DNA of 64,000 nt from the human T2T-CHM13v2.0 reference genome, Homo sapiens. The DNA is taken from assembly GCF_009914755.1 (NCBI RefSeq), contig NC_060941.1. One strand, given 5' to 3'. The translations under genes and the position numbers were made by a program. The first letter of the stretch is position 1; every line of letters begins with the position of its first letter. Positions 41,901 to 55,376 of this stretch are shown here, piece after piece. The notes below the pieces were generated by a model. The model saw only the letters and a program-made list of their open reading frames with translations. It searched no databases and was not told where the DNA came from.

Positions 41901-42429
41901 AAGAATTTATAATTGAAACAGAAATGGATTCATTTTCTGAATCTATTTTTGAAGGCTTTTGAATATGCACACTTTGCAGCTGTGAGCAAACATCTTCCAC
42001 ATTTGCAGTAGAAATATTATTTAAAAAACAGACAAGAATTTTCTGGTCTTCTAATAAAGAACAATGAGGCGAATGCACAAAGGGAATTTTAGTTAAAGAA
42101 TTCATGGACTTCAATGACATGATTCTAGGTCTTCCTGAGAGCCAGTCATATCAAATATCTTTGTGTTTTTAGATGAATCCATCATTTTTTTCTTCTTCAT
42201 CTTCTTCACATATTGGCTGACTTTCATTTATTGAAGACTTGAAGTTAATACTTTCTAATACAGATTAATAAGACATATATACAAATTAACAATTTAGTAG
42301 GAAGTGGAAATGGATGACAGAAAACAAGAGGGAGGTCGGGGGGAGAGAGAAAGAGAGAGAGAGGTTCCATCTAGATATTTGTGAATATAGATATATAATT
42401 ATTTATACTGAGGTAATGGCTAATTGATC

Positions 42430-43915
42430 TCTCATAAACATTCACAAAATAGAACCGTGGTTCCCATCCACAAAATATACTCCTCCTCTGGCAGTTATGG
42501 GAACTGTCATTCATCTGGTTGCTCAGGCAAAACAATCAACATAATTATCAGCATAATTCTGGTTAAGTCTATTTTTGTCATTCCCACATGTAATACACCA
42601 ACAAGCCATGTGGGCTCTATCCCCAAAGCCTAGCTTAAATCTAATCACCTCTTACTAATTCTTTGGCTATCATCCTAAATTCACGCTGCCATCATCTCTG
42701 TCTGGACTCTTACCATATTTTAATATTTCTCCCAACCATTCTATTCTGTACACAGCAATGAACATGGTCTTTTAAGAATGTCAATCAAATTGCTTAAGTC
42801 TCTTGCTAAAGCTTTTCATTTATACTCGCAATAAAAAGGAAATTCCTTAGTGTGGCCTTCAAGATTTTATACCACATATTTCCCTTGACTCTTTCTCTCC
42901 TTAACTATGAATACAGCTACACTGACCTTCTGACTGGTTATCCACCATATCAAGTTTGTTTCTGTCTTACAAGCTTTATTCATGTTTCTCTTTCTGCCTA
43001 GCAAGCTCTTCCCTCCTCAGTCTCAGTCCTTACCCTGCTGTGATTGTTCATATTGAGTGTCAACTTGATTGGATTGAAGGATGCAAAGTATTGTTCCTGG
43101 ATGTGCTTGTGAAGGTGTAGCCAAAGGAGATTAACATTTGAGTCAGTGGACTGGGAGAGGCAGACCCACCCTCAATCTGGGTGGACACCATCTAATCAGC
43201 TGCCAGCATGGCTAAGAATAAAGCAGGCAGAAGGAGGTAGAAAGAGCAGACCTGCTGAGTCTTCCAGGCTTCATCTTTCTCCCATGCTGGATGCTTCCTG
43301 CCCTCAAACATTGAACTCCAAGTTCTTCAGCTTTTGGACTCTTGGACTTAGACCAGTGGTTTGCCAGGGGCTCTTGGGCTTTCGGCCACAGACTGAAGCT
43401 TCACTGTTGGCTCCCCTACTTTTGAGCTTTTGGGACTCGGACTGGCTTCCTTGCCCCTCAGCTTGCCGACAGCCTATTGTGGGACTTCACCTTGTGATCG
43501 CGTGAGTCAATTCTCCCAATAAACCCCTTTCATATATACATATGTCTTATTGGTTTGGTCCCTTTAGAGAACCCTGACTTACTACATCTACTTAGCCCTC
43601 CTTTACAATTTAGCCCTCTGTATAATTCTCACTCTTTCAGAGCAGCCGTTCCTGACAGTCATTCTAGACCAGAAATTCTCATCTCCTCTGCTTTGTTTTC
43701 TTCTGATTTATTCCTGTGCTTTATTGTCTTCATTGCATTCTCTCTATCTGAAATTACAGTATGTATTTGTCTATTTGATTATTGTGTATCTCCTTTACTA
43801 GAAGGCAAACTCCTTAAGAGCAGGGATCTTGAGCATCTTCCTTCTTTGTTCTCAAGCTGGAACACTGTTTAGTACATTGTAGAACTTGGTGAATTTCAGA
43901 TTGAGTGAATGAAGG
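42430..43915 (+). mobile_element. L2 3' region interrupted by MLT2A
   Basis: ttgctcaggcaaaac, gccatcatctctgtctggact, ctacactgaccttc; tail ctagaaggcaaactccttaagagcaggga...gagtgaatgaa. Confidence 0.75.
43039..43586 (+). mobile_element. MLT2A (MLT2A2-like, HERV-L) solo LTR
   Basis: tgtgattgttcatattgagtgtcaacttgattggattgaagg...tagagaaccctgacttactaca. Confidence 0.92.
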
Positions 43916-45149
43916 TATTTTATGTAGGCAGGAAAACCAAGCAAAGTCATGAAGGTAAAACAATGTGTGTTGTAGGCAGACAGTGGCAAACAGTTTTTCT
44001 CAGTTTGAGAAAAGGCTATATGGAGAAAAGAAATGGCAAAGTAAATCGCAAAGGGAGCTTATGGCCACGTGGTAGATCAATGTGAAGGCAACAGCAATAG
44101 CTCATCAAAATTCAAATGAGGAACCCCTTGTTCAATCACATATTGCTTTATATAGCTATGACACAATATTAAGGGAAACTATGATATTAATGCACTGCCT
44201 AAATCATTGAGAGTAACATCAAGGAAGACTTATTTTAGAATAATGTAATTCTGAGATGTCAAGTCAGTTTTCCATGAAATGTCCCAACAGTGTCATAAAA
44301 AATTCTGGGCTAAGGAAATGACATGCCCATGTTTAATATGGACAAAATAGATAAATATGTACATGATATTTTAATATAAAGTGAGTTCATAAATACAGTG
44401 TCTTTGGGGATAACTGCTTAGTTCATTTAAAGAACTTCAACCGGAATGTTAATAATGTACTTCATCTCCAGGAAAACAAGTATATACTGTATCACATAAC
44501 TTCAAGTATCCATAGTAACATGAGTCATGTTGATTAGATATAATAATTATCATTTCTCAAGAAGATTATAGCACGATAATTGTTTTATACCAGATTTTTC
44601 TTGTTGCCAGTTAAGTAACTTAATGTAAGAAAAATTGGGAAAACAACACTGACTTTGAGAAAGGAAAGAGCAATTCCTTCAATATGTATTCTAATATGGA
44701 AAGCATCTCTATTTAAAATTACCAGCTTTAATTTAGGGTCACAATTAAGCTGAAATAATTCTTAACAATAACAAACAGTCCAACTCTCTGAGCAAGTTGT
44801 ACAAAAGAACCAGGAACATTTAGATTCTTGTTATAATCACAATCAATGTGAACCTGCTGTGTTTGTTAAGAAATGTAGACCATTCAAATAAACATTATAA
44901 ATTCTACTGTGGAGATGCTTCCAACATAGATGTAATTGGTAAGGTCAAACTGGATGGTCCATTGACTTTAGATGGTCAGATAGGTGTCCCAGAAATTAAA
45001 AAATACTTTGTAAAACAACAGTCAAAATTCCTTAGGCTAAGTATGAACCAATTAATGGAGTAAGCATTTGTAGCAAAAAAGTGGTATAGAGCACAGTTCC
45101 AAAAATACTATAATCCAGAAAGGAAGTTCATATTAAGTTTCCAAGAATG

Positions 45150-46149
45150 TTTAATTTTTTTAAATTTCTACTTTTTGTTGGTACATAGTAGATTATATAT
45201 TTACAGGGCACATGAGGTGTTTCGATACAGGCCTCCAGTGCATAATAATCACATCATCGAGAATGGAATATCCATTCCCTTGTGCATCTATCCTTTGTGT
45301 TACAAATAATTCAATTACACTGTTTAAGTTGCTTTAAAATGGGCAATTTTTATTGACTATAGTTATCCTGCTGTGCTATCAGATAGTAAGTCTTATTTAT
45401 TCTTTCTGTGTTTTTTGTACCCATTAACTATCCCCACCTTCCCCCAACACCACACTATGCTTCCAAACCTCTGGTAAACATCCTTCTACCTATGTTCATG
45501 AGTTCAATTGTTTTGATTTTGAGATCTCACAAATTAGTAAGAACATGCAATGTTTATCTTTCTGTGCCTGGTTTATTTCACTTAACACAATGACCTCCAC
45601 TTTCATGCATGTTGTTGCAAGTGACAGGACCTCATTCATTTTTATGGCTGAATAGTACTCCATTATGTCTATGTACCACATTTTCTTTATCCATTCATCT
45701 GTTGATGAACACATAGGTTGCTTCCAAACCTTAGGTATGGTGAACAGTGCTGCAACAAACATAGGAGTGCAGATATCTCTTTGATGTACTGATTTCTTTT
45801 GGGAATGTACCCAGCAGTGGGATTGCTGGATCATATGGAGCTCTAGTTTTAGGTTTTTTTTTTGTTTTTTGTTTTTTTTAAGGAACCTCCAAACTGTTCT
45901 CCAAAGTGGTTGTACTAATTTACATTCCCACCTGCATTGTATGAGGGTTACCTTTTTTCCACATCCTTGCCAGCATTTGCTTTTGCCTGTCTTTTAGATG
46001 TAAGCCATTTTAATGGGGGTAAGATGATATTTCATTGCAGTTTTGATTTGCTTTTATTTCTCTGGTGATCAGTGATGTTGAGCACCTTTTCACATGTCTG
46101 TTTGCCATATGTTTGCCAGACTATTTTCCTACTGAGTTGTTTGAACTCC
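45150..46149 (-). mobile_element. L1MA1-3-type 3' fragment
   Basis: gtacatagtagattatatatttac...cataataatcacatcat; ORF2 end DICTPMFVAALFTIPK. Confidence 0.9.
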
Positions 46150-46376
46150 TGATATATTTTGGCTGTGTCCCCACCCAAATCTCATCTTGAATTGTAGTTC
46201 CCATAATCCCCATGTGTTGTGGGAGGGACTTGGTGGGAGGTAGTTGAATCATGGGGGTGGTTACCCCCATGCTACTGTTCTTATGAGTGAGTTCTCACAA
46301 GATCTGATGGCTTTATAAGGGGCTTTTCCCCATTTTGCTAGGCACTTTTCCTTCCTGCCACCATGTGAAGAAGGAC
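46150..46376 (+). mobile_element. THE1D-like LTR, 5' part only
   Basis: tgatatattttggctgtgtccccacccaaatctcatcttgaattgtagttcccataatccc; stops abruptly at gaagaaggac. Confidence 0.9.
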
Positions 46377-46542
46377 AAAATTTAGCCAGGCATGGTGGTG
46401 GGTGCCCATAATCCCAGTTACTGGGGAGGCTGAGGCACGAGAATCACTTGAACTGAGGAGGCAGAGGCCGCAGTGAGCTGAGATCCTGCCACTGCACTCC
46501 AGCTGGGGTGACAGAGCGAGACTCTGTCTAAAAAAAAAAAAA
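46377..46542 (+). mobile_element. AluS right arm fused to THE1
   Basis: aaaatttagccaggcatggtggtggg...gagactctgtct + A tail; no left arm and no upstream TSD. Confidence 0.93.
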
Positions 46543-47582
46543 GATGTTTACCTCAGGAGACAGTCTAAGCTCATCCCGAGGTACCATAAGGACATAATTC
46601 TCTGAAACGAAACTCACATAAGATCATTTCAAATTCAAAAGACACTGGCTCCTCTGCTCCAGTGGAGAAGGGGAACTAGGTATATGCATTTGGCTGTAAC
46701 TGAGCAGAGAAGCTGAGGCTACCTCTCAATTGAAGCTCTCTTCATATAGAGAGCAAATGCCAAACACTGTCTTCAGGAATGTATAGCACAGGGAGAGACA
46801 TCTGAGATAAGTGCAGAGACTGTGTTTGCTCATCAAGGGAGAACCTGAGTATCAAGGACCATAATATCCAGGGCACCGGGTTAAAATAGATCTACTCTCA
46901 ATACAGTTGACTACAGCCAAGAGCAGGATTTCTTGTCCTTAGTGATTTGAGTGACAAAAATTTCCAAGTGAGTTTTCAGAAACATAGTTGGGTAGGTAAA
47001 GGTCAACATTTGAATTTATGAAGGGTAGACATTCCAGTGACCCTATTTTTATGTCTAATATGCAGAGCACTCTCTTCTTAGTATCAAAGTACCAGGAAAT
47101 TGAATGATAATTGGAAGATTATAAGCTAAACATAGACGCGTAGAACTGGAAGGAAATTAAATGGGTTAGAGGAATAATGAATTTAGGCTGCTGATTTCCA
47201 GGCAATACATAGTGAAGATCACTAAATTATCTACATTTTCTATTAAGAGACCCATGAATGAAGAAGAGAGAAGCAGAGGGAAAGAGAGAAACTGATTGAA
47301 AAGATGCAGTCAAAACGGGCGTTAGGAAAAAGAAGGAGGTAAGTAGAAAAAAATTTTCAGTTTGTCTACAATAAAATGTAAAGTCTAATTAACTCTATTT
47401 TCCAAAAGTCATATTTGCTGTCAAGATACAGTTTTGCCTACATAAATTAGATGGACATGGAACCATTTTTTCCTCTCTAGGCTTGAAATTTCTATTGCAT
47501 TTCTTTACGCAAGGAACAGCTCCTTCTAATTCTCTGAAGGTCTCTCTTTACCTCTCTGTTGTACTTCCTGTGAAATATATTC

Positions 47583-47584
<2 letters not shown>

Positions 47585-47624
<40 letters not shown>

Positions 47625-47628
47625 TGTG
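47585..47628. repeat. (TG)18 microsatellite plus imperfect extension
   Basis: Direct reading. Confidence 0.97.
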
Positions 47629-47629
47629 A

Positions 47630-47770
47630 ACTCACTTGCTGGAAGTGTTTTGTTGTAGTTTCCTTACCCTTTTTTAACTGGATTCTTCTTCTTTGTCTAG
47701 CTCATTCATACTGACAACTCCAATGGGACATCAAGTTTCCCATTTTCCCACTGCCGCCCCAAGTTTCCCG
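47630..47770 (-). promoter_or_regulatory. Candidate promoter/first-exon segment with two splice donors
   Basis: GC box 47754-47760, GTGGGAA 47745-47751, GGGAAACTTG x2, CCAAT 47720; minus-strand donors AGG|gtaagg (47668) and CAA|gtgagt (47636). Confidence 0.35.
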
Positions 47771-48544
47771 TTTCTTTTCCTTGTTTTTATTTATTTATTA
47801 GTGTTATTATTTTTCAGAGGGGTAAAGGGGCAGAAACTTGGAATGTTCAAATGTTTTTCTGATGGTGCAATCAGATAACTTCTACTCTGCTGCAAATACC
47901 AATCCCTTAAAGCATGTAACAATTTTCCTCCCCACCTGGCAGAGGTAGGAGGCAGTGTTGTATGTGGTGGTCTCAGAACTTGTCTACTGATCTTTTAATA
48001 CATTTCAGCCAATATCAAAGGTAGTCTAATTCAGAATGGACTATTACCTTTATTTATTTAATTTATTTATTTTTGTCTATTATCATTTAACTGAGTACTA
48101 TTAGGTATGGCAGGACTGGAGAACTTGCTAGGTATATGCAGGTCTATGTTTCTGTAGGTCTTCAGCAAATACTTGGCAGGCAGTTACTACAGTGACTTAC
48201 AGATCTCCTCTATTGCACAAATACTTGCCAAACCCTTAAATTTCTACTCCAAATGTTAATAACAAACTTAAGAAAAATATCTTTTTGACAGCACTTTATT
48301 ATGTTTGAAATGACAAAGTTTTAGCAATGATATCTCTATAGCAACAATTATTGGAAAATGTTAATGTAACTATTAATCATAAATGGAAGATACCAGAACC
48401 AAGGAGAGAATATAGGGGAGAAAAAGAGTTTGCTTCCCTTCTTTGAAGTCTGAGGATTTGGTCTATTTTATTAGACTTGCCTATAATTCTCTACAGAGCA
48501 ACAGATTTTGAATTTTATGAAAAACCCTCTTAGGTCCTTATATT

Positions 48545-48948
48545 TTTCATGCGCGTCCATGTGAAGAGACCACCAAACAGACCTTGTGTGAGCAACATGG
48601 CTGTTTATTTCACCTGGCTGCAGGCGGGCTGAGTCCGAAAAGAGAGTCAGCGAAGGGAGATAGGGGTGGGGCCGTTTTATAGGATTTGGGTAGGTAAAGG
48701 AAAAAGGGGGCTTGTTCTCTGGCGGGCAGGAGTGGGGGTCACAAGGTACTTAGTGGGGGAGCTTTTGAGCCAGGATGAGCCAGGAGAAGGAATTTCACAA
48801 GACAGTGTCATCAGTTAAGGCAGGAACAGGCCATTTTCACTTCTTTTGTGGTGGAATGTCATTAGTTAAGGCAGGAACCCGCGATCTGGATGTGTACGTG
48901 CACGTCACAGGGGATATGATGGCTTAGCTTGGGCTCAGAGGCCTGACA
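48545..48948 (-). mobile_element. Solo LTR7 (HERV-H), LTR7up-like
   Basis: Minus strand tgtcaggcctctgagcccaagctaagccatc...ggacgcgcatgaaa; TATAAAA 48675-48681; AATAAA 48604-48609; ACAAAAGA 48842-48849; perfect 5-bp TSD ATATT. Confidence 0.96.
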
Positions 48949-50914
48949 ATATTAATAATAGTGTTTCTGTGAGTCTTAATTTTTAAATGATATGGTTTTT
49001 ATTTTTTCTGTTTTATTTTGTTGCTTTAACTGTTTTCTGAAGTGTGTGGTGGTAAATTAGAATAGGCTGCAATGTTCTTTTCTAGCCAGGCAGCATTTTA
49101 AACTAAAGGTTGTGTTGTGTAATTCTTAGTATTCTTTTTTGTTGTGGTTTCTTCACTTTTATCTTTCCCTTAGATGCCAACCCAAGACCTGAAACTTTTT
49201 TACCAACATCTGTTTATTATTTTATTTAAACCCAAGGAACATAAGACTGTGCACATGTACAATGTTTATATGTTTGCATGTAGCCTTCAGATGACTTCTT
49301 CACATTTATTCTTGATGACTTGGCTCCAAAACCATCTCTTATATTCAGTTCTTATTTTTGGTGTTTTTTTCTCTTCTTGGCTTCAAAGCCAAGCGTGATT
49401 CTAAGTGGCACTGGTTGGATGATCACAACAGAATCTCAAAAAAGCCAATGTGTTATGTTTTATGTTTAGAACTAACAAATGCGTCTCATGGCTTAAATAA
49501 CTGCCTTTGCAACAAAGGATGGGAGCTAAATTATACTCACCACTTACTCTCGGGATCTTTCAAGTGTGGAGAAATTAGGGGAACGTCAGGATGTTCTTGT
49601 CCTTTATTTAATTTGTTGATAAATAAATAAAGTGTCAGGCATTTTGTTTTTAACTTTTAAATTACCTCCTCAGCAAGCATTTTATGGTGGTGGAAGATTA
49701 TTTTATACTTTCAAGTGTAAGTAAAACTTTCTAAAGTTGGAGAGTTGTCTTCATTCCATTCCAAACTACTGAAATTTAGCTGTAAACAAGACTTAGCTTT
49801 CTGGCCTGTTAATTTCATTGTGATTATTGCCCTTTATCTTCAAAGCCATGTCTCTCATTTGTGCTTAGTGAAGAACAAATTTGTAGAGTAAACTGTTGAA
49901 TGAGATGAGGAATACAATTATCATGGAAGGGAGGGCTTTCTTTGAAATACTTGTGCCAAGTTGGAAGTGTACATTTCAAAATTATCTTGCAAGTTGGAAA
50001 TAGACATCCTAATTTAGTCAAACAATTTGATCAGAGATACTTTGTCCAAATTATTTGAATAATAAAAATGGCAGAGAATTTTCTCTGTACCAACCAATTC
50101 ATGTAGCACATTAAATTATGTAAATATCTCCCTCAGCACTATCCCACTCTACAATTTAATAGTATGTTACTGAGAAAAGGGAAAATATTAGTTTAAAATA
50201 AACTATAAATTAAAAAGCTTTAATGCATATTTCTTATATATTTTTTCTTTTTGTAAATAGATTTGAAAAAAAATCCTGTATTGCTTACTTTCCATGATTT
50301 TTTTAAACTTAGAACAAACCATTTTCCTTGGAAGTTTGAATTATAAAGTTGTAGTTTCTGAACCACTAAGTAATTATCATAGACATTTAAAATACTCCTA
50401 TGGTTATGATTTTGTGGCTTTTGAAAAATGCAGCCAGTCCCCAGCTGACCAAAAATTTACACTGCAAATATTTTTGCAAAATTAAGGATTGCCTTTTGGT
50501 CAGTGCAGTGATCATTATTGAGTCTCCCACCCATATTTAGTTTGGATTTGAATGTTGTTTGTGTTTGCTCATGAGGTTTTTCTCTTTTTTGTTGTCTTCT
50601 CCTCTCCATAAACTGGATTATGCCGTTGAGTGTCAAAATATGTATCTACTTATACCTCAAATATAATTTTTATATTTATCAAATATAATAAATGTGTTCT
50701 AACCTATCTCTTTCAAGATAATAGAGACTTGGAAATAATCTAGTCTGAGAGATATATCTCTGCTCACACAGCTGTGAAGGAGTAGAACTGTTTGGACTCC
50801 CAGTTAGTAGCTCAGCAGAGATAACACAACTTAATCTAAAATTGACTGATTTGAAAAGAGCAAAGGAAAATAACCAACTGTATCCATATCCCAGCAATTT
50901 CCATTCTTCCAGCA

Positions 50915-51146
50915 TAGTGTAGTCGGAAGTATAGTTAGAACATCATGGGTTTCAGAGTCAGAGAAAACTCAATTCAAACATCACTTTACAAGATGGGAGA
51001 CCTGGGGCTAGTTGTGAAACCTTGCTGATACTACTACATTTATCCTCTTGTGTAATTAGATGGTAAAAAGTCTGTAAGGATGTTTTGAGGATTGAATAAT
51101 ATAATAAATGTTTGTAAAGACTTTGCCATAGAGTGAATATGCAATA
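50915..51146 (+). mobile_element. MIR SINE, near full length
   Basis: atagttagaacatcatgggtttcagagtcaga...ttttgaggattgaataatataa. Confidence 0.7.
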
Positions 51147-51200
51147 CACACACACACAAACATATATATACACACACACACATATACGTATATATATAAT
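51147..51200. repeat. (CA)n/(TA)n compound microsatellite
   Basis: Direct reading. Confidence 0.9.
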
Positions 51201-51799
51201 TAAGCAGTATTTTATTATTCCTCTTATCTAAAATTCTAAGGATATTCTAATGGTAGCATTAGACATTTATTAATAGCTTATTTATAGTGAAGACCCACTG
51301 AATTGTTTTGTGTATTTTATTCTCTGACCTGAGTACATACATGTTCTCTGCCCCAGAAGTCTGAGTTCTTACCTTAACATTATGATTTTTTTCCAAGACT
51401 TTCTCTCCAAGATTTCTGGACAAGTTGACATGTTCAAAATAATAATACACTAAAATCAATTTGTTAATATTTTGAAATGGGTTATAATTCAGTGGTATAA
51501 AATTAACCATCAAGAAACTTGAAATTTGTGTAGCTATTATCTAATATGAAATAAGTTAATATATGCAAAATGCATTTAGTGCTTCAAATATATTAGGCGT
51601 GTTTGAGAGCTGGGTATGATCATCATCACTGTCATTGTCACTATCATCCTTTTAATGTGATGGACAGGAGGAAAAAACATGCAAATAGAATTCACATTTC
51701 ATTTCGGTCTGTTGAATTCATTGGACCATACTAAGCTAAAGTTCGTATTCACATATTCATTTAGTATTTGTACTTGTTTGATTCCATTTAATTAACTCA

Positions 51800-52170
51800 C
51801 GGATTTATTCATTCAACACATATTTTTAAGCACAGTTCTGGATATCGGAGATGCAAAGGTGACCAAATTCAATCCTTGCTTTCAAGGAGCCACAGTGTCT
51901 CAGGAGAGCCAGACATTATTCAGATGATGAAATCAATGACTGTTCAACTGCTGTTCTGATAAGGGAGATAAAGTGCAGATGGAGTCAGGGATCAAAGCTT
52001 CTGTTGGGAAGAAATGCTTGGGTTGGGTGCTACAGATGCAACGAGAGTTCAGCAGGTAAGGGAAGAGCTTCCCCAGAAAGAAACAGCATACACAGAGTTT
52101 CTGTGCCAGGAGGGCACACGGCATTCCTTAGAAACTGGGCAAAGGATAGAGAGGCTAAAAAGAAGGTGGT
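51800..52170 (-). mobile_element. L2 3' fragment
   Basis: ttattcattcaacacatatttttaagcac...tccttgctttcaaggagccacagt. Confidence 0.75.
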
Positions 52171-52249
52171 GAGGCTTGATAGTGGGAGATTTCATATTCA
52201 CAGAGCACATAGCTTTGGTGGAAATGTTTTAAACGCACGGCTTCATTTT

Positions 52250-52420
52250 GTGTTCATTTTGTCCTCTAGTGAGGTAGATGCTCACCCCATTTATGAATAC
52301 CCAGGTTCAGCGAGGTTAAGACATTTACATAAGGTCAACTGACATCTAGTAACTGGCACAGCTGCAATCTAAATTAAGGAATCTCTGGCTGGAGCTGAGG
52401 ATTGCAGCCTCACTACAGTG
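52250..52420 (-). mobile_element. MIR SINE
   Basis: gaggtagatgctcaccccattt...aggttcagcgaggttaagacatttacataaggtca. Confidence 0.7.
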
Positions 52421-52632
52421 TAGAGATTAGGAGTTTAGTATGGATTAGACCACACAAGTCTGATTTATTAAGTGTTTTTCTTCTTAGAGCAATAAAAAGA
52501 CGTGGAAGAAACTCAACTACTAATTGACAAGATCTAATTTAGTTGTAAAAAAACAAAAATGGTTCTAATTGCACCGTGGAGAACCAATGACTGCATTAAT
52601 TTGAGCAAGAGGGAGAAGGAAAGACAAATTAG

Positions 52633-52982
<350 letters not shown>

Positions 52983-53314
52983 TAAACTATTGACCTTGTA
53001 AGAATGTCTACAGCAGAGTGTTTAATTTGTATGTCTATTCATTAAAACTCCTTTGATTGATAGTTAATTGGTTTATAATATTAGTTTCAAGACTAAACAA
53101 GCTGTGTATGTAACATTTGATCTTTCAGTTACAGGCTTTATCACAAAAAAGTAATGCTGTATCTCTTTTTCCTGGATTTTTATCCACCTGAAATTTCTGA
53201 TGTCCACAATGGTCCCACCTGGCTATCTACTTTCTGCACATATTTTCACGTGTAATTTGAAATTGCATATGAATGTACATAGATAAAAGTGACTTCCTTT
53301 CAAAAACATTTAGA

Positions 53315-53470
<156 letters not shown>

Positions 53471-54568
53471 CATTGTAATAAAATAATGTAACTTTGGTAT
53501 TGGAAAGGAGAATCTAGAAAACAATTAGAAACATTAAAAATACTTATTGCTTAGATACCCCTATTGCATTAAGAGACAGAATCTCAAAAAATGTAACAGA
53601 TGAGGCTAAAGCTACTCTACTGGAAATGTTGAATCTAACATTTAAACCTAGGCATTTGCCAACAAGGTAGCACCTCTCAGTAAAGGGGTGCTCAAGATTC
53701 AACTGTTCATTCAAAATAGATGAAAACCATATTTTGCACAATTGTGGCACATGCTAATTACAATATATGGATTTTTAGAATTGTTCTTTCCTTCTTCATA
53801 TAATAACTAGGGTTATTTCATCAGAACACTCAGTAATCCTGATGTTCACCACAAGACTGACTGGAGACTAAAGATGTTTCTGAAAGACAGAAATATTTTC
53901 ACAACTAATCCAATTATCTTTAGAGCAATTTTTTGTGTATAAATAATTGAATAACATCCTTCAGCATGTGGTACATCTATAAGCATAGCCAGTGAGGCCA
54001 GCATAATGCATCCACACTATAACTTTAAAAAGCTCTAAATGTCTACCATAAATAATTGAGCTAGTAGTTTAAGAAGGAAAACAAAACAAAAACAAAACCT
54101 TTTTAAGTCTTTGAAATTCTGCTCTTGAATAAATGCCTAGGGAAAAAAAAAAACATTTTTGGCGTTTTCCATACACTTCTTGTTCGGGAAACCACTTAAA
54201 ATTTACAAGATTTATTCCTTACATTTGGAACAAAATACTTTTTGTTCCATCAGATTTCCTTGAAAGATATTTGTTTTCAAGATGTTTGTCACCACTTGTA
54301 AGTAAAATAAAATATAGGGGATTTTCAGTACTGGAGACATTTTGTACAGCCCATCCCCAGTGTGAGCATTCTGAATTAGGTGATTCAGGAAGAATTATTT
54401 CTTTTTACATTTATTAAATATTAACTCTGCTCAGACCTCTTTGAAAACTACAGAGACTGATTGCAAATTTCCTCAACTTGGTATGAATTTAAAATGCCAA
54501 GAATTTATCTTTTTATAAAATAGACCATTCTTAATAGTTTAGACTATTTCTTCTTAAAAAAATGTGGC

Positions 54569-54707
54569 TGAAAAACTGGCTGTTGGGTACTGTGGTCAGA
54601 ACCTGGGTGATGGTGCCATTCGTACCCCAAACCTCAGCATCACACAGTATACCCAGTTAACAAACCTTCACATGTAACCCTAAATCTAAAATAAAAGTTG
54701 AAAAAAA
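54569..54707 (+). mobile_element. L1PB-type 3' end fragment
   Basis: tgttgggtactgtggtcagaacctgggtgatgg...ccccaaacctcagcatcacac...tctaaaataaaagttgaaaaaaa. Confidence 0.85.
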
Positions 54708-54920
54708 CAGAAAAAATTGTTTTTTCTGTTATAAAAAGGTTTCAGATTCCAAAGTCTAATATTTCCACATTGGTAAGATATGCTTTAATTAGGAAAAATA
54801 AATACCTCACCTTTACTCTGAAACTTTGAGTAGCATGATATATGTTAGTGAAGGTTCAGAGACTCACATGGAAAGACAAAACCTATAGTCAGTCCTGAAA
54901 GAGTGGTATAAATGATATGG

Positions 54921-55341
54921 TTTTTTTTTGTTGTTGTTTTAATTTTACTTTAAGTTCTGGGATACATGTGTAGAACTTGCAGGTTTGTTACATAGGTATA
55001 CATGTGCCATGGTGGTTTGCTGCACCCATCAACCCGTCATCTAGGTTTTAAGCCCTGCATGCATTAGGTATTTGTCCTAATGCTCTCCCTCTCCTTGTCC
55101 CCCACCCCCCGACAAGCCCCAGTAGGTGATGTTCCCCTCCCTGTGTCCTTGTGTTCTCATTGTTCAATTCCCACTTATGAATGAGAACATGTGGTTTTTG
55201 GTTTTCTGTTTCTGTGTTAGTTTGCTGAGAATGATGGTTTCCAACTTCATCCATGTCCCTGCAAAGGACATGAACTCATTCTTTTTTATGGCTGTATAGT
55301 ATTCCATGGTATATATGTGCCACACTTTCTTTATCCAGTCT
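54921..55341 (-). mobile_element. L1PA7/8-type 3' fragment
   Basis: tactttaagttctgggatacatgtg...catctaggttttaagccctgcatgcattagg. Confidence 0.93.
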
Positions 55342-55376
55342 TTCAAAGATGGGCAGTGATTGCAAATCTGGATACC

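Noticed and set aside
44517-44531. Palindromic AP-1 site aacaTGAGTCAtgtt
   Set aside because: Isolated short motif with no supporting context
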